64,000 nucleotides of DNA from a virus. Shown here one piece after another: positions 1 to 9,738 of this stretch. Positions within the stretch are counted from its first letter, which is position 1. Each line of letters begins with the position of its first letter. The stretch covers positions 106,411-170,410 of IMG/VR virus record IMGVR_UViG_3300028840_004184. One strand, written 5' to 3'. Position numbers and translations under genes: made by a program. The notes beneath the pieces are model-generated. The model worked only from the letters and a program-made list of their open reading frames with translations, was not told where the DNA came from and did no database searches.

Positions 1-95
1 CAAGTATTGTGTTCGAAAAATGAGGTTAAGATTGGTACAGCAGTTACTTATAGACTAAAGTCTTTTGCCAAAGGAAAGCGTATCAGACTGGATAC

Positions 96-399
96 AAGTA
101 AGTGATCGGAGTATATAGACATGACGTTTCTTGAATGGCTTGGTGAAAAACAGAATCAGGATTTTGTTTTACTGTTGGCAGTTTTGTTTTTTGTGTTTGC
201 GGGTCCTCTCATGGTCGTTATTCGGAAGAACAAAAATGACCTGGATGACGAGTAAGTAACTTCTTATATAGCCGCAAGTAAGCGAGATCCTATATAGGAC
301 CCCGGCCATCATACTTCCTCCTGGCTCCGTAACCTGAATAGAGCCCACCTGCCAAAATGGCAGATCCCAGGCCAGAATGGCACCTGAGCCAAATCTGCA
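96..399. repeat. Repeat cassette 1
   Basis: RAGTAAGY-N7/8-TATATAG at 96-118, 250-271, 276-297; TGCCA-N3-TGGCA-like palindromes at 350-362, 370-382, 387-399. Confidence 0.8.
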
Positions 400-484
400 C
401 ACTGCGGATTATACTATTATCATAGTCCCTCACATAGAAAAAAAGTCAAGTGGAAAATAAAAAAAACTTAATTGAGTTTTTTGT

Positions 485-512
485 TTGACTATTTCCTTCT
501 ATGATTTATACT
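485..512 (+). promoter_or_regulatory. sigma70-type promoter TTGACT-N16-TATACT
   Basis: Near-consensus hexamers upstream of RBS AAGGAG and ORF 557. Confidence 0.8.
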
Positions 513-556
513 CTTAATGACGAGAAAAATAAGGTTAAACTTAAGGAGTATAAGTT

Positions 557-775
557 ATGTTGCCTGTTACAGTTACAAATCTCGGTACTGGAAAGACTTT
601 GACTTTTGTTGGAATATCACCGAAAAAGGCTGTTGTTTGTGCTTATGAACAATCAAGGGGTAATTTTAATACGTGGACCTATGATGAAAACAAGGCGATT
701 GTTTCAACTAGTGGTGCTACAGTATCTTGCGGTGATTTTTGCAGTATCATTGATAGGAGCAAGATGAAATCATGA
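557..775 (+). CDS. hypothetical protein
   Basis: ORF with AAGGAG RBS after promoter. Confidence 0.7.
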   Translation: MLPVTVTNLGTGKTLTFVGISPKKAVVCAYEQSRGNFNTWTYDENKAIVSTSGATVSCGDFCSIIDRSKMKS

Positions 776-958
776 ATCCTAATTTAGAAGGTATTATCGG
801 TTTTATTCCAATAAAAGATATTAAGCGTATTTTAACCAGTTATAATGTAGTATTTTATGATGATGATTTAAATTGGCAATTAAGGGCATTATTGTTAGAG
901 AAAATCAAAGACGGCACAATTCCCGATAGTGCTATCCATAATTTTCTTTGATTTATTC

Positions 959-986
959 TTGACTATTGTTTTCTATCTAGTATACT
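959..986 (+). promoter_or_regulatory. sigma70-type promoter TTGACT-N16-TATACT
   Basis: Near-consensus hexamers. Confidence 0.8.
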
Positions 987-1113
987 CTTAATAACAAAGA
1001 CAAGGATAAGTTTTTTCAGGAGTTTAGATTATGAAACAATGGTACGCCATAGAATATTATGATAAATCTGTTTGGGAAAAAATAGCTAGACAATCTATGG
1101 AGCAAAAAGGGGC

Positions 1114-1956
1114 TTGTGTCGGTTCATGGGGGGTATCGTAACAATGAATGCATCTGTTTTTAAAACAAGCCATTACAAACAATTCATTAATGGTAAACGT
1201 CCTAAAAAATGGTCTCCTACCATAAGTATCAATTATGGGAACGAAAAAACTAGACCACGTAAACGTGGCGGGTTTAAGGGAGAATCCCTTGATATTTGGT
1301 CAACCGATGTAACTAAAGGATGTGACAATGGTTGTGTCGAATGCTATGCTGCAAAAATGTCGGCTATGGCTATGCGTAACTTTGGTTGTGTCAAAACCGT
1401 TAAGCTTATTGGTAAACCTAAGGGGAATCCTTTTATATGGACGGCGGGACAAGGGGATATACCTAAGTGTATTATCGATAGCAAGATAGGGGTTATCGTA
1501 ACGGTTGATCCTATGCGGGAAAAATCCTTTGTCGATAATTCTATCAAGGCTGTATTGTCGGTACCACCTAGGCAAGTTTTGATCGGTTTTCGGGTATATC
1601 CTAAAAATATGGTCTCAATAGCTAGATGCTTGAAGCTTGCAAAGTATTTTCGAGCAAAGGGTTACAAGGGCATCTTTCATATGATTGTCCGGATAAACTC
1701 TTTAGAAATGGCTAGCAGGCTTGATTCTATCATATGCCCTAAAGGAAAAGTCAACCGTAAAATCTTCTATGAAGATAACAAAATTCCCGGTCTAGGCCTA
1801 GCTTGTGGGTCAAAGGGTAACGGCACTTGTGCCGATTGCATGTTTTGTTTTAACTATCATAATGCTACGCATAGGGTTGGAACATCTAGCGATCCTCTAA
1901 GATACCCTAAACATCTTGTGTCGGAATTCAAAAGAGTTGGATGGATAAAGTCTTAG
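1114..1956 (+). CDS. radical SAM-like (CxxxCxxC) protein; start probably 1144
   Basis: GCDNGCVECYA matches CxxxCxxC; second Cys cluster CGSKGNGTCADCMFC near the C-terminus. Confidence 0.55.
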   Translation: MCRFMGGIVTMNASVFKTSHYKQFINGKRPKKWSPTISINYGNEKTRPRKRGGFKGESLDIWSTDVTKGCDNGCVECYAAKMSAMAMRNFGCVKTVKLIGKPKGNPFIWTAGQGDIPKCIIDSKIGVIVTVDPMREKSFVDNSIKAVLSVPPRQVLIGFRVYPKNMVSIARCLKLAKYFRAKGYKGIFHMIVRINSLEMASRLDSIICPKGKVNRKIFYEDNKIPGLGLACGSKGNGTCADCMFCFNYHNATHRVGTSSDPLRYPKHLVSEFKRVGWIKS

Positions 1957-2162
1957 ACGCCGACGGGCTAATAATAAGGAAAAATAACCATGATGGAAAT
2001 TATAAAAATCCTTTGTTTGTTTATAGCAATTTTGTTTACTATATCATGTTTGTTTCGTGCCCATGCTAAGAATGATATTGCATTCCATAACATGGTTATG
2101 ATGAGTATAGGATGGACGGGATTTATTTATTTGCAATTTATTTACAAATAATGATTTTTGAT

Positions 2163-2190
2163 TTGACTATCCGAATATGTTGAATATACT
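2163..2190 (+). promoter_or_regulatory. sigma70-type promoter TTGACT-N16-TATACT
   Basis: Near-consensus hexamers upstream of ORF 2226. Confidence 0.8.
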
Positions 2191-2225
2191 TTTATAACTA
2201 AGTCACATTTAAGGAGTTACGAAGC

Positions 2226-2639
2226 ATGGAATTGATCAATACTCCAGCCGATCAAATCTTTGAAACGGTTGCCGATTATGAAAAGGCAAAAGGTAATTTC
2301 AAAACCCTGAAAAGTGATATTGAAGTCTTTGAAAAGGCTTTGATTGAACAGGCGGGTGAAGGAAAAAGAGACTTTGTTTTTCCTGATGGAATTCTCGTTA
2401 TCCCCGAAAAAGAAAGGTCTGGAGATAGCCCAGCATACAAGGCTATGTTTGAAGCTATTAAGGAGCGTATAAACGACGGCTCTATATGGACGGATAGCAA
2501 AGACGACGTAAGGCTATGGCTTGAAAATCTTTGGAATGATAAAAGAGGAAACAAGTATAAAAGCCGGAAACCCAAGATAAAAAAGGAAATCGCATCTAAG
2601 AGCAAAAGAAAAGCCAAGAAAATGGCATCTGCGAGTTAA
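2226..2639 (+). CDS. hypothetical protein with basic C-terminal tail
   Basis: ORF with AAGGAG RBS. Confidence 0.7.
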   Translation: MELINTPADQIFETVADYEKAKGNFKTLKSDIEVFEKALIEQAGEGKRDFVFPDGILVIPEKERSGDSPAYKAMFEAIKERINDGSIWTDSKDDVRLWLENLWNDKRGNKYKSRKPKIKKEIASKSKRKAKKMASAS

Positions 2640-2695
2640 ATAGATCTCCTCTAACCTCCTTGTCATCGCCGGTTTACATCGGGTAGACCGGTCAA

Positions 2696-2730
2696 GAGAC
2701 CGGGCGAAAGCCCGGTCTCATTTTTTATTT
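2696..2730 (+). terminator. intrinsic terminator
   Basis: GAGACCGGGC-GAAA-GCCCGGTCTC followed by T-tract. Confidence 0.85.
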
Positions 2731-2740
2731 AAAAACAAGC

Positions 2741-2768
2741 TTGACGTTTCCGTTTCATGGGATATAAT
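2741..2768 (+). promoter_or_regulatory. sigma70-type promoter TTGACG-N16-TATAAT
   Basis: Near-consensus hexamers directly after terminator. Confidence 0.8.
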
Positions 2769-2814
2769 ATACATAACAAGGCAATAAAAGGTTAGTTATT
2801 AAGGAGTTAAGGAT

Positions 2815-3231
2815 ATGTCAAGAGATAATGTCTATGGTTTCTGGGCGGGAAATCTTAAGCTTGATAATAGCAATTCTGGTAAATCTTTGGTTGTTTCCGA
2901 CGGAAAAAACAATTCTATAAGGGTTATCAGAACACAACAGGGTTTGTTAATTGACAATCTTCAAGGTATAGTCAAGGGCTCAAAGGCGGTCATAGACTCT
3001 ATGGAATTTCTTAGGGCTAAGCCTGTTACGGAGCAAAAGAAAGCGGGATTAAGGATTGACATCAAACTATTAGAGAAACAAGCCAATCAAATTGGTATAA
3101 TGCATCAAGAGATGAAAAACGGTCTTTCTGAAAATGATGATGATATGCTTGAAGGGTTATTAAACTTTGTAACTAGTGCTCTATTCCAGCTTAAGGAAAA
3201 TGGGGCTGTAACCCTTATTGTAGCTGATTAA
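2815..3231 (+). CDS. hypothetical protein
   Basis: ORF with RBS; C-terminal RIDIKLLEKQ...MLEGLL resembles NIDTKLLSRQ...LLSGIL of ORF 4104. Confidence 0.7.
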   Translation: MSRDNVYGFWAGNLKLDNSNSGKSLVVSDGKNNSIRVIRTQQGLLIDNLQGIVKGSKAVIDSMEFLRAKPVTEQKKAGLRIDIKLLEKQANQIGIMHQEMKNGLSENDDDMLEGLLNFVTSALFQLKENGAVTLIVAD

Positions 3232-4103
3232 GGAGAAAAAGAAAAATGAGATATAAAACGTCTAATACAAAAGAAGCTAAGTATGTCCGACGACATAACG
3301 TCTATCGGTGTATTTGTGGCCGAAAAAAGATTATGCCTTTCAGAACAAAGGTTTTTGAAATGATATGGTGTCCTAGGTGTAAAAAGAAGACTCTTCATGA
3401 AACGCCATAAAAATCAATGGTACAAGGTATTATGGAGAAGAATACATCGGAATATCCGTATTATATACCTTAAAATAAACAAAAAAAGATACAATGAACT
3501 ACTTAAAGAAAGACGGGGAATCGCTTGCAAGGTTATCTTAACCCATAAGGAGGAAAAAGAGTTAAGGAGGATTAATATTTTGTTAGGTAATGGCCCCTTA
3601 TACATATTTTCAAAAAAGGAAATACAGGATGCGTTGCGAAAGATGTAAACGACATATAGAGAATGATAAGAATAGGGAAAAAGAAAGAATCTGGTCAAAC
3701 ATAGCTGAATTGACAAACGTGTTAATGTGTCAAGCGGCGTCAATACCTACTTCTTATGGAGAGAAGAGTTATAAAGAAGTTAAGGACCTTATTTATCAAC
3801 AGATTAAGGATATTGTACTAAGAAATGATCAAGAGACTTTGAAGCATTGTTTTAAGGAAGAAGTATAATATGCTAATCCCACAACTGATTATAAAAATAA
3901 GCCTTGCGGAGTTATCAATAGGTAAAAATGATTCTTTTGATGGGCAATACGAAACAGCGAGAGTTTTAGAGGCTTTTGCAGAAAAAATAAGGAAAGAAGG
4001 TATACCCGAAGTTTTAGCAGATATAAAAGATAATAAAGATGGAAGAACCGTAGGCTTTGCATATCTTCATTGTTAAATGTATTAGGTTATGGAGTAAAGA
4101 ATT

Positions 4104-4493
4104 GTGAAAACTTTTAACATAGATACAAAACTATTATCTAGACAATTAAACCTAATAGGACAATTAATCAATACCCTACCAGATGATCATTTCAAGGAAA
4201 GGGATACGGAATTGTTATCTGGTATCCTCGATATGTTTTGTTCTATTGAAGCAAGCATTATGCGGGATAATGGGGTTATGCTTGTTGAACATAAGGAATT
4301 AACAGAAAAGCAAGGGGTTACGGAGCAAGAAAAAACATATTTCATAAAAATACAACAAGAACTAGTATACACAAACAAAGAAACAAATAATAAAAAAGAA
4401 GCAATAGAACATGCAAGGCGAGATATGATCGAAAGGTTACAAAGGGGGGAAATGGACAATTCTATTTTCCACATCATTGAAGTATCATCGTAA
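4104..4493 (+). CDS. hypothetical protein
   Basis: ORF with GGAG RBS, GTG start. Confidence 0.65.
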   Translation: MKTFNIDTKLLSRQLNLIGQLINTLPDDHFKERDTELLSGILDMFCSIEASIMRDNGVMLVEHKELTEKQGVTEQEKTYFIKIQQELVYTNKETNNKKEAIEHARRDMIERLQRGEMDNSIFHIIEVSS

Positions 4494-4639
4494 CAGGGGA
4501 AACAACGGGATTCGGTAGTTTTAAACTAGGTTCATTGTCAACATTATATAAGCCCCTTGTAAATGTACATTAATCCTCGAAGCAAGCGGGATTTTAACGA
4601 AAGGTATCGATAATGCGTGATTAATTCTGAAAAACTGAT

Positions 4640-4667
4640 TTGACTTTTCTTAAGGGCAGGGTATAAT
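4640..4667 (+). promoter_or_regulatory. sigma70-type promoter TTGACT-N16-TATAAT
   Basis: Near-consensus hexamers. Confidence 0.8.
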
Positions 4668-4673
4668 AAAAGC

Positions 4674-4835
4674 AGAGAAGAGTAGTAGTGAGTAGCTTAA
4701 CTGGGGGACGCGTACCTGACTTACTATAACAAAAGTTAAGCCTTCTCTTTAACTGGGTGATGACGAAAGTCAATATTTCCGGACTCATGATAGTTTGCCG
4801 GAAAAGCCCCTCATGGAAATTGCATGGGGGGGACA
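4674..4835 (+). ncRNA. candidate structured ncRNA or leader RNA
   Basis: Starts at predicted TSS; helices 4674-4680/4742-4748 and 4695-4702/4734-4741, crossing helix 4686-4693/4719-4726, GAAA tetraloop hairpin and two more hairpins; no + strand ORF in the track. Confidence 0.5.
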
Positions 4836-4867
4836 CCCTATTTATTTTTAGGTTAAGGAGTTAGGGA

Positions 4868-5065
4868 TTGACTAATTTTAAGCTTAAACTTAAACGCGTA
4901 TTCGCGGGAAGGTATATAACTCATAGTCGCGATTTTATCATTAACAAAGATAAAGACGGGTTGTGGAAAGTCATACCTACGAAAAGCCCGTTGATGCATA
5001 TCCTAGAGGCCGAGACCTTAGGTTTAGTCCGGGCTTATTATGAACAGCATGGAACATTTTACTAG
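4868..5065 (+). CDS. hypothetical protein
   Basis: ORF with AAGGAG RBS, TTG start. Confidence 0.6.
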   Translation: MTNFKLKLKRVFAGRYITHSRDFIINKDKDGLWKVIPTKSPLMHILEAETLGLVRAYYEQHGTFY

Positions 5066-5074
5066 GAGGTTTTA

Positions 5075-5518
5075 ATGGGCTGGAGTTTTTGTTTTGCACA
5101 CACAAAAAGAAAGATGCTTATTGAAGACTTGTGTCGTAACTGGTCTTATACGGGTTATAGAGGGACCCTCTTAACGATTAGAGTAATAGCCCATTGTTAT
5201 CGCGGAAATCCCGGTAACGGGATATTATGGAGCGTACAGGAGCGATATAATGAGAAGACGGGGGAAATCGAAGATAGGATGATCCGTTGTGATAAGATGC
5301 ATTATAGTCGTTTCGATGGATGTTGGGGCTATAAGCCTATGTGTGAAAGGGAAGGTCCCTATTATTATTCGTGTCCTCAAAGGTATTTAGATATGACTCC
5401 TAAGGAAATTAATCCAGGATTTAATCCATCATGGAGAAATACGGTTGAAGGACTCCATAACATGAAGAAAACAACCAGAAGTTTAAAAAAACTAAATAAA
5501 AGGATTGCGGTGTCATAA
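5075..5518 (+). CDS. DUF6927-like protein
   Basis: MGW start and WGYKPMCEREGPYYYSCP...WR motif, recalled from a phage/plasmid family. Confidence 0.5.
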   Translation: MGWSFCFAHTKRKMLIEDLCRNWSYTGYRGTLLTIRVIAHCYRGNPGNGILWSVQERYNEKTGEIEDRMIRCDKMHYSRFDGCWGYKPMCEREGPYYYSCPQRYLDMTPKEINPGFNPSWRNTVEGLHNMKKTTRSLKKLNKRIAVS

Positions 5519-5539
5519 CTCCATTGTTTTCCTCCAATT

Positions 5540-5570
5540 AGGGCCGGAATTTTTCCGGCCCTTTTTTATT
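5540..5570 (+). terminator. intrinsic terminator
   Basis: AGGGCCGGAA/TTCCGGCCCT hairpin followed by T-tract. Confidence 0.85.
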
Positions 5571-5577
5571 AAAATGT

Positions 5578-5606
5578 TTGACAATGGGCAAAGCCCATGA
5601 TATACT
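5578..5606 (+). promoter_or_regulatory. sigma70-type promoter TTGACA-N17-TATACT
   Basis: Near-consensus hexamers; spacer holds inverted repeat ATGGGC-AAA-GCCCAT. Confidence 0.8.
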
Positions 5607-5647
5607 CTTAATAGTTAAGAAAAACTAAGCTTTAAGGAGCTAAAATC

Positions 5648-5917
5648 ATGGCAAGGACCATCACACTAAAGTATAGTGGTCGCTGTAAAGATTGCGGTGC
5701 TTTTCTTCCAGCCGGTTCACGGGCTAAGTATTATGGACGTGGACGTATCTATGGGATCGGTTGCCATAGTAAGAAAAACAAAACTGCTTATGAACAAGGT
5801 GATAGATCCCCCGGAGCGATAGCAAGTCATTTTGATCGTACAGGAGTATATAGCTATGATGGGCGGAAAATAGGCTCTACTTGTGGGTGTGAGGATTATC
5901 CTTGTTGCGGTCATTAA
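5648..5917 (+). CDS. Cys-rich phage protein
   Basis: CKDCG and C-terminal CGCEDYPCCGH motif; AAGGAG RBS. Confidence 0.7.
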   Translation: MARTITLKYSGRCKDCGAFLPAGSRAKYYGRGRIYGIGCHSKKNKTAYEQGDRSPGAIASHFDRTGVYSYDGRKIGSTCGCEDYPCCGH

Positions 5918-6296
5918 CTCTTAAGGAGCATATAATGATTTTCAAAAATATCATCCATGCAAATTTAGGCATTATACTTGCAAGGGAATCTAAGAAGGCG
6001 AGAGGGGAAAGGCATTACTGCCCAGATTGCGGGAAGGAACTAATCATTGATGATGGGGTAGCTTATTGTCTTATGGAGGAGGGTGGTTGTGGATATTCGT
6101 TTGACCCTAATTATAAAAGGAATATAGGATAATGACTCTTAAGAAAACGCTTGAAGAGAAAAGGGAAGCTTTAGCAAAACGGGATATGGAAATATTAGAT
6201 GGTGAATCTTTGTTCCATATTTTCTTGCATGGATGTACCGGATATAATAATATGTCTGATGAAGAGGTAGAAGAATTGTATCTGATGTTTTTCAGC

Positions 6297-6472
6297 GAGT
6301 AAGTGAAAACCGTATATAGGTTAAGAGTAAGTGATTTCTGTATATAGAGGGATCGGCAAGTAAGTATCTCTTGTATATAGAGACGTAGGAAAACGCCCCC
6401 ATGCCATATCGGCAGACCGGTACCGTCATTCTGGCAGTGTGCAGAATTGGCACATGTCACCCTATGGTAACA
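6297..6472. repeat. Repeat cassette 2
   Basis: RAGTAAGT-N8-TATATAG at 6297, 6325, 6358; TGCCA-N3-TGGCA-like at 6402, 6424, 6440; GTCACC-N4-GGTAAC at 6456-6471. Confidence 0.85.
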
Positions 6473-6662
6473 TAGGGGATTCCGATCAAGTGTATCATAT
6501 TTAATGAGACAATCAAGGAAAAAATAAAATTTTTTCGGCGGGGTGATTTGGTGTGAACAAAATTCTACACCGTCCTGCTATCTTCCCGGCTCTTTATTCC
6601 GGAGTTTCAAGTTTATTTATACTGGTAACTTTTCTTATCCAGTCTTTTGTTTTGTTATCTCT

Positions 6663-6742
6663 ATTATACTATATATCGACATACAATCAAGTAAAATTAA
6701 GATTAAATTTTCATTTGACTACATATTTTTATCGACTATAAT
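6663..6742. promoter_or_regulatory. divergent sigma70-type promoter pair
   Basis: - strand TTGATT-N16-TATAAT (6690-6663); + strand TTGACT-N16-TATAAT (6715-6742). Confidence 0.75.
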
Positions 6743-6786
6743 AATGGAAACGAAACAACAGGATAGAATCATAAGGAGTTAATAGT

Positions 6787-7710
6787 ATGAAAAAAACAAA
6801 GCTAAGCTTAACCGAAAAGAAGATAGCAGAAATGCTAACTGAAAATACAGGGACTCATTTTTTAGATTCCGGCGGGGCATATGGTCGAAACTGGGAAAGA
6901 AACCAGGGAAGGAATTTCAAAGCTGAAAATGAAACATCTTTTCGGGCTAGCAACGGCTATCTTGAAATAACGCATAATCTTTTTCACTGGTTATCGGAAC
7001 GGTTGGAATATTCTCCGGAATGGCAAAGAAGATTTTCTAGGTTTGCTAATAGAGAAGAGGAACAAAATAATTCTTGGTTTGAAACGGTTGATAATTTCCT
7101 AGGATACTTAAGAGAAAAGGGGCATGAACTAGGCGGGATATATGGGGAAGGTGAGCCCCTAACCGTTAATACTTATAACGGGGAAGATTTGCTTTCACAA
7201 ACAATTCAATATACTTATTTTACTTATAATGATTCGGAAGTAGTTATTGCTCTTTTCATTCATGGCGGTTGTGATGTTAGGGGGGGATATACAGCACCTA
7301 AATTTTTCACTGAAAATGGCAATTATTCCGAACTAGCTATATTAAATAATGCCGATGCTAGAATATACTGTCAAAACAAAAACGATCGTCATTCATGGTA
7401 TACTGATGATGGTTGTCATTTTTACGGGGATAATCAGGAACCGGATATAAACGGCTTTAGAAATAGCATGGAATTCATTGATTTTACTGATGATGAAAAT
7501 GATTATCCTTTTTCTATTGACAAGAATGAAAAGGGGGATATAATTAATGTATTCCATGAGGGGAAAATTATTGATTCACCTTTGAAATCATTCAAGGGTA
7601 TTCCTTTTAATGAGGTACCGATAGAAGAAAAACTAATTTTGCCTTTCGACGGGGAAACGGGAAAGGCTTTTTGTCCTATATGCGGGGAAGAATTGCTAGC
7701 CCATAGTTAA
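6787..7710 (+). CDS. conserved phage hypothetical protein (acidic, C-terminal CPICG)
   Basis: 307-aa ORF; motifs MLTENTG-HFLDSGGAYGRNWERNQ and IHGGCDVRGGYT. Confidence 0.75.
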   Translation: MKKTKLSLTEKKIAEMLTENTGTHFLDSGGAYGRNWERNQGRNFKAENETSFRASNGYLEITHNLFHWLSERLEYSPEWQRRFSRFANREEEQNNSWFETVDNFLGYLREKGHELGGIYGEGEPLTVNTYNGEDLLSQTIQYTYFTYNDSEVVIALFIHGGCDVRGGYTAPKFFTENGNYSELAILNNADARIYCQNKNDRHSWYTDDGCHFYGDNQEPDINGFRNSMEFIDFTDDENDYPFSIDKNEKGDIINVFHEGKIIDSPLKSFKGIPFNEVPIEEKLILPFDGETGKAFCPICGEELLAHS

Positions 7711-7762
7711 GTCTCAATTGCCGACGGGCTTAATAGGGGGGATTTTAAAAGGAAACGATAAA

Positions 7763-8233
7763 ATGAGCAATGAAGTTTTAGAAACAAGGGTAAAAGGGGT
7801 AAATAATGCTCATAAATACGGAAATGAACTATATCGTATTTTAGTAAAGGTTTTTAAGCCTTTCATAGGTCAAAAGGTTATCAAGAAAACAGGGGGATTA
7901 ATTCAGAAGGTACAAAGGGCTATTGATTCTCTTAATTTACCTTGTAGTGTACCTATACAAGTTTATAGAAATTCATTTAGTGATTATTCCCTTTCATATG
8001 TTGTTAAAACTTGTGAAACATTAAATCAAAGGGCCTATTATTATGAAGTAAGTATCTATATCGGGAACATAGAAAACGGAATCTTAAAAGATATTGATTA
8101 TCCTTTTCCTAATTTTAAAACAGATTATAAAGCGGAAACAATTAGAGAAAACAGGAAAATATATAAGGAACTGCAAGAAAAAGCGGATAAAGCAAAAAGC
8201 AATTTATTTCCTTTTGATACGTATGATAGATAG
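7763..8233 (+). CDS. hypothetical protein
   Basis: ORF; ATG at 7763 preceded by AAAGGA. Confidence 0.65.
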   Translation: MSNEVLETRVKGVNNAHKYGNELYRILVKVFKPFIGQKVIKKTGGLIQKVQRAIDSLNLPCSVPIQVYRNSFSDYSLSYVVKTCETLNQRAYYYEVSIYIGNIENGILKDIDYPFPNFKTDYKAETIRENRKIYKELQEKADKAKSNLFPFDTYDR

Positions 8234-8291
8234 CATGTCTAAATCTTAGTTTTTGATTTGACTTTTCTTTTCGCGGGGATATACTTAGATA

Positions 8292-8501
8292 ATGCCGACA
8301 TATGATTATCAATGTAAAAACTGTGGAAACACATTAGAGAAATTTCAAGGCATAACCGATAAGCCCCTTAAGAGGTGTCCTAGGTGCCGGAAAATGGCTC
8401 TTAAGCGAAAAATAGGACCGGGAAGTGGTTTTATATTCAGGGGGGAGCCGTTTTCAGCCAGTACTGAATATCTAGCAAAAAACAAGGATAAAAACAAATG
8501 A
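8292..8501 (+). CDS. FmdB-family zinc-ribbon protein
   Basis: MPTYDYQCKNCG...CPRC...GSGFIFRG; follows promoter 8258-8285 almost leaderless. Confidence 0.85.
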   Translation: MPTYDYQCKNCGNTLEKFQGITDKPLKRCPRCRKMALKRKIGPGSGFIFRGEPFSASTEYLAKNKDKNK

Positions 8502-8722
8502 GCAAAGAAAAGGAAACGTATCCTCTAGCTGATTATCATTCAATGGCAAATCGGGCCATTAGAACCGGCGATTTTAGAAAGCCTAAAAAAGGGGAGTGGT
8601 TTCTTAGTGGGGCGATACCAGAGGCATATAAAGCCCCTAATGATTTGTCTGTTGCATATTATATCATGAGACCCGTCAAGGCTAAAACTAAAACCGTATG
8701 GATTATTAAAGAATATTATTAA
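8498..8722 (+). CDS. hypothetical protein
   Basis: ORF overlapping previous stop. Confidence 0.65.
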   Translation: MSKEKETYPLADYHSMANRAIRTGDFRKPKKGEWFLSGAIPEAYKAPNDLSVAYYIMRPVKAKTKTVWIIKEYY

Positions 8723-8812
8723 TCTGTTGACAAAAAGAAAATCGGGGATATAATTAAATCAACAGGAACAAACCGCCGTTTACTTTTTCAGTTAAAGAGC
8801 AGGGGGTAACAA

Positions 8813-9055
8813 ATGACAAATACAAAGACTCTTAAGGCAGTGATTCAAAAAGAATTCCCGGAATTGACTGATCAATATTTTGATGCTCATGAATCAGATC
8901 TTTATGTTCAATGGGTGCCGGGATTAAGGCATTTTTTGCGGCATAACTTAGGCTTGCCAAGTATTCAAACATTTATGGATGATATAGACGGCTTAGCATG
9001 GCTTGACATTGCTTTTATGAATGATAATTTCTGGGATAGATTTAACTATCTGTAA
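8813..9055 (+). CDS. hypothetical protein
   Basis: ORF after promoter TTGACA-N16-TATAAT at 8727-8754. Confidence 0.65.
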   Translation: MTNTKTLKAVIQKEFPELTDQYFDAHESDLYVQWVPGLRHFLRHNLGLPSIQTFMDDIDGLAWLDIAFMNDNFWDRFNYL

Positions 9056-9130
9056 AATAAACCCCTTCTTTTCCTGTTGCTATAGGCGGGGGGATTTATC
9101 CCCCTGCCTAGGCTCTTAAGAGGAAACAAT

Positions 9131-9334
9131 ATGGATAAATATAATATTCAATGGAAAAATCGAATAATCAATAATCAACCTGGTATATCATTAAAAGAAA
9201 CTGGGTATTATTTTATTGATCATTATGGGTGTTGGCATAAAGTTAAGGTTATTGCTATAACCGATAGCAAAACAGCAAAAAATAAAATAGATGATGAATT
9301 TTATATGATAGGGGAATATCCGGAAAATTATTAA
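9131..9334 (+). CDS. hypothetical protein
   Basis: ORF with AGAGGA RBS. Confidence 0.55.
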   Translation: MDKYNIQWKNRIINNQPGISLKETGYYFIDHYGCWHKVKVIAITDSKTAKNKIDDEFYMIGEYPENY

Positions 9335-9412
9335 TTTTTCGTTGACAATATAAAACAACAGGGTATAATTGAGTATCGTAACAAAAGGAAGTTTTTTTAG
9401 GGGTCAAAAATT

Positions 9413-9628
9413 ATGAGTACAATCGGAAAAGTCATCATGGGTGCCGGTCGGGAAAAATCGTATACTTCCCCCACCTCCCCCCTCGTTTATCTCCGTCACG
9501 AGGTTGATTTGAACGGGGATTTTATGGAAGAATGGAAAAAGCTCGACGATACCACCAAAGAATGGTATCGAGCCGCCGCTCTGGCGGAAATGGAAGCAAA
9601 TAATATTCCTGTCCAGGGTAAAAAGTAA
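9413..9628 (+). CDS. hypothetical protein
   Basis: ORF after promoter TTGACA-N16-TATAAT at 9342-9369. Confidence 0.7.
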   Translation: MSTIGKVIMGAGREKSYTSPTSPLVYLRHEVDLNGDFMEEWKKLDDTTKEWYRAAALAEMEANNIPVQGKK

Positions 9629-9670
9629 AATTGTTGTAGTGGATTGTAAGCCCCACTAATTTCATGGATA

Positions 9671-9708
9671 AGCCCCGTTGTGGATCGGCCACGGCGGGGT
9701 TTTTTTAT
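9671..9708 (+). terminator. intrinsic terminator
   Basis: AGCCCCGTTGTGG/CCACGGCGGGGTT hairpin followed by T-tract. Confidence 0.8.
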
Positions 9709-9738
9709 TGCTATCTGGGGACCGGGGTAAAGCCCTGC

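Noticed and set aside
169-402. ORFs overlapping the repeat cassettes or candidate RNA (169-402, 4621-4836, 6107-6460, 6543-6782)
   Set aside because: They lack RBSs, have unnatural composition and overlap repeats or promoters.
4750-4810. Hammerhead ribozyme suggested by TGATGA...GAAA
   Set aside because: The CUGANGA core is not intact and GAAA is simply the tetraloop of a 4-bp hairpin.
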